A DNA stretch of 64,000 nucleotides from Phoronis australis. Lineage: Eukaryota; Animalia; Phoronida. The translations under genes were made by a program, and so were the position numbers. Below, in pieces: positions 13,674 to 26,768 of the stretch (positions within the stretch are counted from its first letter, which is position 1; each line of letters opens with the position of its first letter). The notes under the pieces are model-generated. The model did not search any database. It was not told the origin of the DNA and saw only the letters and a list, made by a program, of their open reading frames with translations. Location: assembly GCA_002633005.1 (NCBI GenBank), contig NMRA01000843.1, positions 1 through 64,000 on the forward strand, given 5' to 3'.

Positions 13674-14813
13674 TATGGCCGTATTTCCCTCGACAGATTC
13701 AACGCGCGTGGGATAAATGTGCGTATTCGGAATTTAGGGCATAAAGCCAGTTTGAATAGAAGTTGGCAGCAAAATTTTGCAAAGCGGTAGAGTAATAAAA
13801 AACTGATATGTCAACATAAGTATTTCAGAGACAAAAGAAGAATGGACGACACCAAAAACACCCTGTACTGGTTGGTAAGGCACGCACATATATTTCGGTT
13901 AGCCGCGTGTGCCTGTGAACACCACTGTTTGGGCGGTCGAAGCCGGAGGTCGCCTTATGCATTTCCACAGACCCAATTTCCCGAAAGGTGGTTGGAATTG
14001 TTTGCTTCACGTTATACCAAGGAATAATAATTACATCAGGAAAAGATAACCACTTCCTGGAATTACTTGTCCTAGTACTTAATTCATCTTAGCCTGGCGA
14101 ACTGGTAATTTGTACAGTTTGAAGCGACATGGTCTCACAGTTCAAAATATTGTGTTATATACTCTTCTGTAAAACAACTTGACACGCCGCGGAACTAGAG
14201 TTTTAAGAAGGCGTTCGCATTATTAATTTTTACCATTATTAATTTTTACACCACTCAATGTACCCCCTTTTATGCGACCATGATATGGGGAGTCGCCGTT
14301 TTTTGTGTCAATAACAAGCACACTTCCATATTATAGGTCATCCGCAACGAGGACAAGAAAAATGTTCACCCACAGAAACAACGCATTGAGACACTGTAAC
14401 CATTTCAAACAATAAAGTTTTGATTTATTTCAAAATATATGTATCACCATCACGCAGTAAAATCACACCGTGACAGATGAAGGGGAAATGTCTAGCAGGT
14501 ACACAGTTAGGACAGAAAACAAAAATGATGTTTTTCCTCAAGTAAGACAGTTGCAGATTTTAATAGCTTACCAGGCTACAGAACATTCGTCTACCGTCTC
14601 AATATAACATTGCGGGGTGTAGCATTCTTGATGTATCCCTACCTTCGATCCTGTTCTATTCTTAGTAACCGGGATATATTAATATATCTTTGAAATAGTG
14701 GTCACTCTGCAAAAATGCACAACTATTAATCTTGTAGTTACGTTTTGTGTTCCTTCGATGCTAGAAAACGACAGATGTCTTGGTCACTAAACCCTTAAAG
14801 ACATATCGGACCG

Positions 14814-15029
14814 ATGGCGCACCCAAAAAATGTCCGCCTCAGTGAAACAAAAAGTCCGAGTAAACGAGACAAAAGTCCACGGGAACTCGGAGGATACACT
14901 ATTCGTAAGCCTGAACCTAGTGGCCCCGTTTTTTGTTTTCTTTTTTAGTCCTTGTTGATATTTTTCAGTAAAAGGTCCACATACCGAAAAATTCAAGCCG
15001 CCTATATTTTAGAATAGGTGCGCACATGC
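14814..15029. mobile_element. Decayed hAT-like MITE
   Basis: 'gcgcaccc' left end, 'ggtgcgcacatg' right end, internal 'aaaaggtcca'; resembles 20945-21164. Confidence 0.4.
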
Positions 15030-15489
15030 GGACTAAGAAGGAAAGTCAAGTAAAAGACCGTGACTTAAGTGGGTGTTCTAGGGACCAAATTAAGTTGTTT
15101 CTGAGACGGGATTCTCACCCACAAAATCATTTTATTTAGGTTTCAATATTAAAAGCTCGAACGATCAAAAATTATATCATTGATTCTGGGTCTAATCTTT
15201 GTACTAGAAACTTTTTTATTTTTTATGTTTTCTGCAAAAACTAAAGACCCTTTAATTCTGTGCTCAAGTACGCAATGATTTTTTGGATGATTTTTAAAAA
15301 ATCCTTGTTTGCAGTTGGTGATTCTAACATGAGTTTTTACTTGAAATCTCGCGTTGTTATCAATATTGGTTCCTCGATACTACACTGTACACACGCATCT
15401 CCTCTAACATGATTCATCAGCAAGATGGCGGACCACTCCGCCCAACGAAAACCACGTGACTTCAACTCTAGTTATATTTATCTCATTGA

Positions 15490-16100
15490 CGGCGACCTCA
15501 AACCGCTGAGAGCACTAGTTTTTGGCGTGAAGACAGAAACCTTTATCAGTAGGCTTGTAATAAACTGATATAGACAATTCAAATGAAAAATGGTTCACAA
15601 GCAAATCCAAAAACGGAATCTCGTCATTTACAGCAAGCTCGTACGTAAACGTCAATGCAGAGTAACGCTCAAGTTCATCACATACAAGTCATGAAAAGCA
15701 CAACAAAAATATCACCTACATATCGTACATAGATAGGAATACCACCAATCATATTGCTACCACTCTTTCCACTTCAGACATATAAAATTCCGAAAAAGTG
15801 GGACCCAGCGGAGAGCCTATACTCAAACCACCTTTTTGTAGAAACAACGTACCATTTATATGGCGAGTGGTACTTTGATAGAGCAGATCGCCAGCAACTC
15901 TCTCATATGAGTTGGTGAAATCTTGACTGGCTTTAAATGTAGGTGATGGCATACATTATCCAAAATGATGGCAATTGCCTTGTCAACAGGCACGTTGGTG
16001 ATCAAAGACTCAGCGTCAAGCGACAAAGGTTGATAACGAGGGGATATCAATGAAATCTTCACGAGATATAAGGGAGTAACGTCTCTGAATATGCGCTTTT
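15490..16100 (-). pseudogene. Penelope-like element reverse transcriptase, 3' part, frameshifted
   Basis: Motifs across frames: LSLDAESLITNVPVDKAI, FLQKGGLSIGSPLGPTFSEFYM, YLRYVGDIF (YVDD equivalent), LTFTYE..IPFLDL. Confidence 0.85.
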
Positions 16101-16104
16101 GAAC

Positions 16105-18175
16105 TTACTTTAAACACTTGATGGAACTGTGCTCAACCGTCATCTTCAGTTGGTCTCCTACTGTCCTTAATGGTTTCGTCCCTAAACCAAGACCATCTCT
16201 AGTAGGCGGGACAACAGAGTTGATCAGGCTCTGCTTGACGGTTGTTGATGGTATTGCTGTTGGTGCTTCATCCATATCCAACAAGATGCCTGTTCAGCTT
16301 CGGTGGCCACATCGCGTAGAAGAACCTTCTTTCCTGTCGCAGAGACGCCCAGAGACCTTGCCATAGCAGTAACCGAGCTGGCCGGAAAACCACGGCAACC
16401 AACCTCCACAGAAAAACTCCAACACCTCCAGCCGTTAACGTGGCAGTCACTCCTCAGATCAGTATATTTCAGGTTCTTCCGCTCATGTGCCTCTTCTACC
16501 CTACTCTCCCACGGAATGGTGAGCTCGATCAGGATGATCTGGTGGGAACTGTCCGAATAAAGAATCAAGTCAGGGCGCTGGGTAGTCTGGACAATGTGCT
16601 GTGGGAAGGATGACTGGTGACCGGCAAGATCAACCCACAATTTCCAGTCGTTGGCTGTGTGAAGGATGCCTTTTTGCGCTGGTGACTTCTTCTTACTTGC
16701 CTCATCGCCACTTCTTCTGAAACTGATAAATTCGATCCGGTGGCTTCTTGACTTTGGTTTACTCTTGACTTCGTCAACCAACACCCTTGCGAAAACTTTC
16801 AGTACCTGGTTGTGCCGGTAGGTGTACTTTCCTGATGCCAAAGACGCGCTGCAAGATGACAGAATGTGTTCTAAAGAACATCTGCGTNNNNNNNNNNNNN
16901 NNNNNNNNNNNNNNNNNNNNNNNNNNNNNNNNNNNNNNNNNNNNNNNNNNNNNNNNNNNNNNNNNNNNNNNNNNNNNNNNNNNNNNNNNNNNNNNNNNNN
17001 NNNNNNNNNNNNNNNNNNNNNNNNNNNNNNNNNNNNNNNNNNNNNNNNNNNNNNNNNNNNNNNNNNNNNNNNNNNNNNNNNNNNNNNNNNNNNNNNNNNN
17101 NNNNNNNNNNNNNNNNNNNNNNNNNNNNNNNNNNNNNNNNNNNNNNNNNNNNNNNNNNNNNNNNNNNNNNNNNNNNNNNNNNNNNNNNNNNNNNNNNNNN
17201 NNNNNNNNNNNNNNNNNNNNNNNNNNNNNNNNNNNNNNNNNNNNNNNNNNNNNNNNNNNNNNNNNNNNNNNNNNNNNNNNNNNNNNNNNNNNNNNNNNNN
17301 NNNNNNNNNNNNNNNNNNNNNNNNNNNNNNNNNNNNNNNNNNNNNNNNNNNNNNNNNNNNNNNNNNNNNNNNNNNNNNNNNNNNNNNNNNNNNNNNNNNN
17401 NNNNNNNNNNNNNNNNNNNNNNNNNNNNNNNNNNNNNNNNNNNNNNNNNNNNNNNNNNNNNNNNNNNNNNNNNNNNNNNNNNNNNNNNNNNNNNNNNNNN
17501 NNNNNNNNNNNNNNNNNNNNNNNNNNNNNNNNNNNNNNNNNNNNNNNNNNNNNNNNNNNNNNNNNNNNNNNNNNNNNNNNNNNNNNNNNNNNNNNNNNNN
17601 NNNNNNNNNNNNNNNNNNNNNNNNNNNNNNNNNNNNNNNNNNNNNNNNNNNNNNNNNNNNNNNNNNNNNNNNNNNNNNNNNNNNNNNNNNNNNNNNNNNN
17701 NNNNNNNNNNNNNNNNNNNNNNNNNNNNNNNNNNNNNNNNNNNNNNNNNCAGATTCTTCTTGCCCTTCTTCGCTCGGTGTATGAGTTCACTTATGATAGA
17801 ATTATGTTCCAGGCATCCAGAAAAGCCTGGTACCCCGCCTTTCTGTGAAGATGTGTCAATATACTTGTTCTTGATCATGAAGTCTGTCATTCTGCCGGAT
17901 AGGATTGCTAAGTAGATCTTTCCTTCCACGCTAAGCAGTGAAATTGGTCGAAACTGGCTAATCTGCTTCGAGCCTTCTTCTTTCGGAACATAAACTCCTT
18001 CAGCTCGCCCCCACTGGGCTGGAACTACGCCCTTCCTCCAGAGAATCTTAAACAGCTTCCAGAGCCTTTCTCTCAACTTGGGACTCATCTTATAGACCTT
18101 GTAGGAAATTCTACTTGGACCAGGGGCTGATCCCGATCGGGCTTTCTTCACAGTGCTATCCACTTCTGACTTCTT
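16105..18175 (-). mobile_element. 5'-truncated non-LTR retrotransposon with restriction-like endonuclease (Hero/R2-type); ORF 18175-16224 interrupted by N gap 16888-17749
   Basis: RT motifs SAPGPSRISYKVYK, QFRPISLLSVEGKIY, QKGGVPGFSGCLEH; C-terminus HILSSC..YTYRHNQVL, RPDLIL..IELTIPWE..K..KY (PD-(D/E)xK), VEVGCRGF. Confidence 0.92.
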
Positions 18176-18480
18176 GTTATGTTAGCAAGATGTTAAGCTG
18201 TCTCGTAAGCTGGCCTTAGGACTTGGGATGCCGTAGTTGAACATTTTTGTGTGTTTTGGGTTACCATAGAGATAACCTTCAGAGTAGTCACCTTCCATTT
18301 CTGAGAAAATGCGACGAGCTGCCGCGTGTTTTGTATGCCTTCTAGCTTCACAGTAGACCCCTCGACATTGCAGAGGAAGTTGACTTCGCAGTGCGATTTT
18401 CCATTCATTAATCGTTTTCCTCTCCCACTCCCACCCCACCGATCTCCATGCAAGATGCCATAAAAATCAGTGTTATCTGT
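18176..18480 (-). pseudogene. Penelope-like RT, 5' part, continuing into 15490-16100
   Basis: GYLYGNPKHTK (YGxPKIHK motif), then in the adjacent frame SQVLRPAYETA*HLANI (PTYxxAKxL motif). Confidence 0.7.
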
Positions 18481-20944
18481 GGGGAAGCCCGTCTTAGTTG
18501 CTCGGGCTACAACATGGACTTAAAAACTTCCTGGTTCATTGTGCTGTTATAATATTTTCAGAATGTAAAACAAAAATTATTAATATCACAAAGCAACTTA
18601 AGCATTCCGAATGGTATTCGTTGATAAATGCAAGTTGGCCGTCAGGTTCACTTGAAACACATTGTAGAGAACGAAGGAATGGACAGGGAAAACCGCAGTT
18701 TATGATGTTACACATTTTGATTACGTCATCTAGCGGTAGACATGAAGCTGAATGCTACTGTATGCCAGCAAATATTAAGCATCAAAAGGTTCTTGAACGA
18801 GAACCTTTCTGCGAATTGAATTAGTTTTGCTTTTTCAGTGCGAAGTTTTGCTTAGTGAACGCGAACTTACATTGTATAGTTCTTTTAGAAACGGTCATAC
18901 TTCTGCTCTTATTCAACGCGTACTTTGGTTAATCAAAGCGTTCTGCAGTTTTACTGAACGCGTACTTTTACTCAGTTCCTATAGTCTAATGACGACAGTG
19001 CTCTCAAATCTCAAAATGGCGGAAGATTTTCTACAAGGGTGTGCAAGGCAACTTTTGTGGAATGTTGCAGATTCTTATCAAGTGACGAGTAAGATGGCGC
19101 TGTTAACTTTGTTAGGAACAGTCAACCCGCTCATAGGTACTCGTTCAAGAACCCTTTGGCGATTTGTAGCGAAACGGCGTCGCTTGTAGGGAAAACCCAT
19201 TTCATATTCAATGCACAGCAGCGCCACTAATATGCGAATCACAGTACTCTGGTTGGTGGCGACTGCTCCCGGCTTTTTTAATAGCATTTTGAAAACACGT
19301 TAAAGTGTGCCAAAACAGCTACCCCTTTTTGGTAACGTCTTCAGGATGTTAACTGCTACTTAGTCAGAACACTTGAAAACTGGTTGAGTAAAGTGACGAT
19401 TTTAAAGGGTGTAACTAAACCATCGTCATGTACAAGAGTACTGTAACCTCTGTATATTCCATTCTAAGGAACCTACTTCAACGACTTCTGCCTTATCGGA
19501 TTTTGTCAACTTGCTTTCGACGCCCAGCTAAATGTAAAAAGGAATCTCTTTGTCTTTAAAGTCCGTCTCTCAAACTGCCCATGTGGTTCCAGTATCCGAA
19601 AATACTTAATAAAATGTTATTTTCGACACCCTTTCTTTATATTCTTTTCGCCTTTCTTGCCAAAAGCGATTTTTTAACAGTATTTGTCCCTTTTCTGCGA
19701 GCGTATAATTACCGGCTGTCATCGGTTATTTCCGTACCCACATTTCCGGCTCATCAGTTCAGGAACTTTTTCCTTGTAACTGAATGTGCTATGGCTTGCT
19801 CGAAAAGTCTTCATTATTTTGTTTTATTAGTAATATCTCGTGATTCGTTTGTGTGTGTAGTGTATTTATAGTTTGTAGTTAGTGGTCATTGAATTTTTTT
19901 GGAATGTTACGCGTACTTATTATGGTAAAATAGCATTGGTGTTTAGGTCCTTACGAAGGCCGGTCGAACCTAGGAACCAATATGGGTCGAACCAATTTTT
20001 TTTCGTTTTGATTTTTTTCTCGTTTTGAAAAAGTACTTTGCCATCATCGGAAAGTTAGTGCATTCTACTCAAAAAAAATCGAAAAAGTATCAAAATCGGT
20101 GCAAGCAGTGTAAAGATATTGCAATTTTTTTGGCGAAATTTGGGTCACTTTGTTTGGATTGCGTCGGCCATATTGGAGGACAGCGGGATAAGTTATGAGT
20201 TTAAAACTTTGTGTAAATTGTTTTCGCCAACAAATTACGGTGAAATTTAGTTAGACAATATCTTTAATTACTATTTTGCACGATTCAACAGTGTTCACCA
20301 AATTTCAGGCTCGCAGTTGTTATTCAATAAATGATAAATGTGCTCACAATTCCCGTTGGTCTCATTTCTGGTGGCACCGACAACATGGCGACTTTTGCTG
20401 AACTGAAAGGCATGTGCAATCGGCTACTTTGTAATTTGTGAAGATTAACGTTGATACATTTTGACAAACGTTGCTACAAAAAAGGAACTTTGTTCAATTT
20501 TCGTGTTTTTTGTGCAAAAATATGAGATATATTCGAATTATTTTACTGTGAATTTCCCATTCAGGTGTTCTTACACTAAGCTAAAAATAGTTGAAATAAT
20601 TTTGAAATGGTTTTTTGTTTGACTGTCAACTGCTGTTCAGGACTTGATTAGGTGTCACAAAATGATTCATATTTTTCTAAATTTTAAGTCTCAATTGCTT
20701 TCAAGTCAGGTTTTGTAACTTATTGCTTCTTAATTCAGGTTATCAAGTCAACAATATGAATAATCTTAAGTTGAGAAATAAGCTATGTTCGATTGTGAAG
20801 CTTCAAGCCTCCAATTCTTGTTCCTTTCAACTTCATATTTTTTAATCATGCTTGTCAAATTCTGGTGTGAGGAAGCACTATTCGGTCACCATGGTAATAG
20901 TTACATGTAAGTCCACTTTCACAACATGGAAACTTTTGCTGTTG

Positions 20945-21164
20945 CATGCGCGCACCCACCCATTTGGCGAAGTGGGCAAAAAGGTCCGCTCTCGAGAGAT
21001 AAAAAGCCGGAAAAAATGGGACAAAATTCCACTAAAGAAGCGCAAACGCGCAATTCACAGTGGTACTTCCGTTTTTTTTTTAGTCCGCCGACTCTTTATT
21101 TTAGCAAAAGCCCCACATCGCCGGGAATTCGAGCCCCCCATATTGAAGGCTGGGTGCGTGCATA
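20945..21164. mobile_element. hAT-like MITE
   Basis: Termini CATGCGCGCACCCA / TGGGTGCGTGCATA, flanked on both sides by TGTTG. Confidence 0.6.
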
Positions 21165-24039
21165 TGTTGAATAGTTTTTGTAATGCTAAATGTTGTAACG
21201 TATTGTATATTTTTAAGTTACTTATTATGTTAAAAGGTTGAATCATTTTGGCTTAATGAATAAAAATGATAACATTTTGTATTGGACTTGTCATACTTAT
21301 GTGCTCAAACGAGCCCCCTATTTAAGTTGGAGAAATGGAAAAAGTCCTGCCTCAGTCAGAGAAGCACGAATTCTGAAAAAATATAATAAGACAATATTCC
21401 ACTAGAAAACAGGAAGTACCAAAATTTAGCGTCTGCAATTCATAGCTCTGAACATACCCAGTGAATCTTATAGTAAAAGATAGACATTCCCAAAAATTCC
21501 AGCCCCCCCCCCNGCACAAAGCTGTATAGGCCTGCATGTACTAACAAGCTGTATTTAAACGATAGTCTTCACTGGTAGCTGGCACTGAGGCTAGCTAAGG
21601 TCTGCCGCGGCAGTGTGACACAGGACTAACCAGCCCGTAATTTCATGCAAGTGTCTGAAACTATCTTTGAATATATGAGGCATTTATGATTTGAGCATTT
21701 TACTTCGACAAAACAGCTTGCAACCGCATGCATTTACCGTTCGCCAGTGTCTGGTCTCGATCGGCACTGGGTCCGATACGCTGCGGTCCCGAGTCTAGCA
21801 AAATAATTTCTGTCAAAATTTATTCGCCACATTTCTTCAGCAAATTCGATAAAATTGTCTGTATTTTGATTCTATTAAAATTAAGGCGCTGTCGATTATT
21901 TTATCCCCATTTACAGGCTAGTAACCAGCACTGCTCCAGTCACACTGACGGCGTTTTCTTAACCTGGCGTGCGTTCAGTAGATGCTAGGACCTACGCTAG
22001 GACCTAGCTAAAACCTAGTCAAAGTCACGTGTTCTCATTTAAAATGCACGGCAATATCTCACATAACCTCGCGAAGTCTTGCTTTTTATAGCGAAGTCCT
22101 AGCGTTACTGAACGGGAGGCTGGGTTCCTGAATGAATTGTACTTCCGGGTTCGCGGCAAGTTCAAAATGGCGGTCGTTCTTCGGGTGCGAATCGTGAGTG
22201 GCGCGTTCATTTAAAATTTTTTCGATTACGGATTGTGTATTAGTTATGGGGTAAGTACTTCTTGGATCCTTATAACATCCTCTAACCATGTAATAAGGGT
22301 TAACAACGTGTGAGACCAGGACTTTAATCACCACAAAAATAGAAGTACCGGGATGTAAATCCGCACTGAATGACAGCATGTTAAACGTTTTAATTAAGTA
22401 CTGAGTAAAGCAAAAGCGACGAAAATGTCACCAAAATTACAATAACGTAAAACGTCAGCATGCTGTATTTATTTGAATTACATACTTGCACATGGAATTG
22501 TTTGATTGAATTAATAAGCTTCTTCGCAGTCCAAACGAGTACACTGGGCGACAATGCGTGACATTCCTGTCTCGGACTTTTCAAAGACAGCTGAAAGGGA
22601 TATTGTTGCTTTCACGACCGAAAAGCATTTTTGAGATTATTCTACAAATTTATCATTTTGGTATAGATTTTGAGGATTTTATGTCGAGGCACTCGCTCAC
22701 TTTCATTTTTTTATTTTGACTATAAATGACCAGCACTCATTACATGCCTGAATAAAAATTAATGGGTGTTTTACGATTTGAAGCAATGAAATACAAAAAA
22801 ATATATTGAGTGTTTCTGACAATGAAAGACATGTCATACTGAATCTTCTCACCTGTATTATTAGCCTAGTACGATCAGCGTGACAACAGCCAACACACAC
22901 TCTCTTGATGCGAGCGCTATAATGTGAATACTTGCACACAGTCGTCTTTGAAGAACGGCTGGGTATCACTACAGAAAACAGATTACATATGTACAAAGAA
23001 GTAGCACTGTAGAACTACAGGAAGTTCTTTTGGTTCTATGGAGATATCAATGCTGTCCAATTGAAAGGGACCGATGAAGATTGGCTTATCAGTTTACCGG
23101 GCTTCAACTAAAAGGCAAAAAACTGACTTAGCAATGATTTTGTTCGTTGACACTTCCTGGTTTTAGGATAACTTAAAGTTCATTGTGAGTTGTTTTTTGA
23201 ATTCGCAAACATTTACTGTGCTGCATATCGCTATGTGTTTAGTCTCAGAGTAATTCAATTTACAGAAAAGGGAAGTTTTTTTCCATCGATTTAGGCCTAC
23301 CGGGAATTCCCTTAACAAGGCGCCTCAATTGTACGCTCATGGGTCTATTTACGGATTTATTTTTGAATCTATGCCACGCTGAGCCTACTTTTGGAATCTC
23401 AATGAAAGACTACTTTAAACTTGATTGTAGTTTGCAAACTTATGCACGTCATCGTTAACTCTTGATACAGAGAGAAATTAATAAAAATTTGTCCTTCATG
23501 TGAAATCTTTTGAATACCAGGAGCGATTGTACTGATTCATGGTTTAAAAATGTCAGAAATTCCGTAATACCCTTCAACTTAAGTGGTATTTGGAAGTCCA
23601 TAGACCTCTTGCACACGAAGGGCCTAGTATCTACTAGCATATGACTCCAGCAAACGAAGCCATTTGGTCAGATTTACACCGTACTATGATACGATCTGTT
23701 TTGTATGCAATTTCGTCAATTCAGATAGTCTTGTATTTCTCTCATTTGCTGTTATTTTTTACAAATGTTGATTCAGTTTCTTATTTCTGGGCGGTGGTTG
23801 CATGCTCATTTTGTTTCAGACCAAATTTATAAGATACGAAAATAGAACAGTATAGTTGATACATAACCACAACAAAGCATTCTGCTCCAATAACAAGACA
23901 ACTGTTTACATGGTGTATTTATCGTGTGTCTCACGTTACATCAGTTATCCTTGCAAGATCACTGTTTCGCTCTTTGTGTTCAGCTAAACTCGTCCTTGAA
24001 TAACCAAATATGAACCAAATGTCCAAAGATCTACACCAT

Positions 24040-24336
24040 ACCTCAAGTGCTAAAATTCACGATGTATAACCACCAAAAACCTTGCACTATTAAATTCTCT
24101 GACCATGGAAACATGGGTGAAACCGTCAAAATAACCTGCCTCCATGCGGTGCTTGGTAAGGAAATTATAAGCAAAAATAGAATTTTGCGTAATGGCAGCC
24201 TTAATTTGCATATTTAAAAAGGCTCAGAGGTTGTGAACTGTCACATCCCTAAATCATGGTCACTTAACCTTAGGTTATATTATAAAACAGCAAAAAATAT
24301 CAGTTAAATCCAGGTTGAGCCCCTGTCTCCCGCACT
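24040..24336. mobile_element. Terminus of a non-autonomous DNA element, Academ-like
   Basis: Ends ...CCCCTGTCTCCCGCACTA (TAGTG terminus on the reverse strand) after an 'aatggcagcc..aatttgcatattt' subterminal tract; family assignment from memory. Confidence 0.4.
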
Positions 24337-24466
24337 ATTGGCATGGATCCAGTTGAGCCCCTGTCTCCCGCACTATTGACATGGATCCAGTTGAGCCCCT
24401 GTCTCCCGCACTATTGGCATGGATCCAGTTGAGTCCCTGTCTCCCGCACAATTGGCATGGATCCAG
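24308..24466. repeat. 38-bp minisatellite, ~4 copies
   Basis: Unit atccagttgagcccctgtctcccgcactattggcatgg. Confidence 0.95.
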
Positions 24467-25272
24467 CTGCCCGACACGGAAACGGTATGTGCAACGACTG
24501 TGCGAAACTTTGCGATGAGCCTGGAGTGAACTTGAAGGCTACTTGTGGTGGTGATCGAAACTTAAGCAATTTGCATTTAAGAATTGTCAGAATACTTCAC
24601 ATTCATGTCCATCAAATAAAAGTTCAGTCCTGCGTAGACACGAAACAGGTTGTTGGCTTCCGTGTAATAGACGCAACCGTCAGCTTCACGTTTTTCGAAA
24701 ACGTCACTCTAGTGTTGTAGTGAGTAGACTTGTCGTGACAACGCAATATTTAGAAGGAAGTTTGTTATATTGTAATGGTTTCTTAATTTCAGCTTTACCA
24801 GCGAGGGCTTTTGAATTTGTTACTTGTAGACCGGACTGTTTTGCGGCCTCCTGGCTCAATTATTATTGACAGTACATTCCCAACTTATTTTGGGGTGTCC
24901 AAATACAAAATAAGTATTTGGTATCTTCTCAGACAAACTGAATTAGTTACTTGGTGATCTGCCCCGTGGACGAAATAGGATGGCAGCACAGGCGACGAAG
25001 GGGCGGCATAATTAAAAGACACGGAGCAGCAAAACCGATGATGACCGTAAGGCGGTAGTGTCGCGGCACGAAATTTGTGGAACATCGTCACTAAGTTCTG
25101 GCAAGGATGGTCACTATAAAACAAATGTGCGGTTTCTTATGGATGTCTCAAACCTTATTAACAACAATTGGCCATTTTTACAATATTTCACATTATCTAG
25201 GGAAATACCCTTTCTTTATTCCCGGGTAACTTCAAAAAAATACATACCGTGTAGCGACTCACGAGAATAAAA

Positions 25273-25545
25273 TTAAGATAAAACAGAACCACCTTGGAAC
25301 CGCACAACTGCGTGCATACTTGTACCATGGAAAATGTCCGCCAGCAGGCCAGGACAATTTTCTAGAAAGAATTCATAAATGAACTCCATTCTCACTCTAT
25401 GTTCTCTGATGATACTTGAAAGAAGCTGTTTGTGTGTAGTGCAACACTGCTTCACTTGTAATAGATAAGGTTACAATACCCAACAATGGAAGTTGAAAAT
25501 ACAAATTGAAACATGTTTTACTCGTCTCTTAGTCTACCTCTAGTG
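25273..25545 (-). pseudogene. Internally deleted remnant of a second FAM111-like copy
   Basis: REHRVRMEFIYEFFLENCPGLLADIFHG parallels [28 protein letters not shown] of the last exon; 25436-25545 matches intron sequence at 32825-32925. Confidence 0.8.
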
Positions 25546-25547
25546 GC

Positions 25548-25873
25548 TGTCACGGTTTTAATAGGATGAATGCTTTCAGTCACAAAGCTGAGTAAATAAC
25601 ATGCAGCAAATTAAGTCAAATACTGGAGATAGGGATTGAGTTGATTTGGCTACGTTGCCGCGTCCTCAACTCGAGGATCTTCGGCAGGCCACTGAGGTGT
25701 CACGTGACTCATCATGTGATCGACAACACGCGGAATACTCTTCAGCGCCCTATCCCAAGTTCTCGGTAACAGAAATCTCAGGCCCCTTGTCTATTTAAGC
25801 TGGGATTCTTCACTCGTTCATATATTGCTTCCATAACCTGAACCAGTTTTCTTCCCTATCCAGAATTGTGACA
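25548..25873. mobile_element. Possible solo LTR
   Basis: TGTCAC...GTGACA termini, internal TATTTAAG; a related segment occurs inverted near 52940-53005; no target-site duplication seen. Confidence 0.3.
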
Positions 25874-25965
25874 TTATCCGATGGAGAAAGAATGGTCCTT
25901 ATCACCATGTGACTGAATACTTTCGAATCATTACGGAGGTTGTTGTGATTCGGCGGTACCAAAAG

Positions 25966-26768
25966 CGTGAAGAAAGCGTAAGGTAAGCGTTAGAGAGGCT
26001 TGAGGAAGGTGTTCAATAAACCGGAGGCAAGCGTGAGCGCTACTCGGAGAGTAAACGTGAGAAGACCGTGACAGATTTCATTCATGCCTGTGTTCCGGTT
26101 ACGGCCGGGTTACGCTTAACCAGACCCGAAGAAGCCCGGATGAAGTCTAATAATTTAGTGACGGTACTGTAAGTATAGTTTATGATGTTGATGAGCAAGT
26201 AGTTTGTACGTCACTTTCTCGATCATAACTGGGACGCGCCCATATAGGCAAAGGGAAGCTTAACTGAGCATCGTCATTTAACGTAGCAATTAAGACTATT
26301 GATGTCACCACTTGACTTCCTTTGGCGTTTCCATATTGGTTTCTGTTAGATTACATATTGTATGATACTTGTGTGAAGAAAGCGTGAGGTAGGCGTTAGA
26401 GAGGCTTGAGGAAGGTGTTCACTAAACCGGAGTCAAGCGTGAGCGCTACCCGGAGAGCTAGTCTAAACGTGAGAAGACCGTGACAGATTTCCCTCACGCC
26501 TGTGTTCCGGTTACGGTTACGCTTAACCAAACCCGAAGAAGCCCGGATGAAGTCTATTAATTTAGTGACGTACTGTAAGTATAGTTTATGATGTTGATGA
26601 GCAAGTAGTTTGTACGTCACTTTCTCGATCGTAACTGGGACGCGCCCATAGGCAAAGGGAAGCTTAACCGAGCATCGTCATTTAACGTAGTAATTAAGAC
26701 TACTGATGTTACCACTTGATTTCCATATTGGTTTCTGTTAGATTTCATGTTGTATGATACTTGTGTGA
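25966..26768. repeat. Tandem duplication of ~405 bp
   Basis: 'gtgaagaaagcgt..ggt..gcgttagagaggcttgagg' recurs at ~25967 and ~26373; both copies end 'tatgatacttgtgtga'. Confidence 0.9.

Noticed and set aside
22020-22210. YY1/ETS-like motifs (AAAATGGCGG, ACTTCCGG) as a promoter
   Set aside because: No linked exon found; such motifs are common inside DNA transposons
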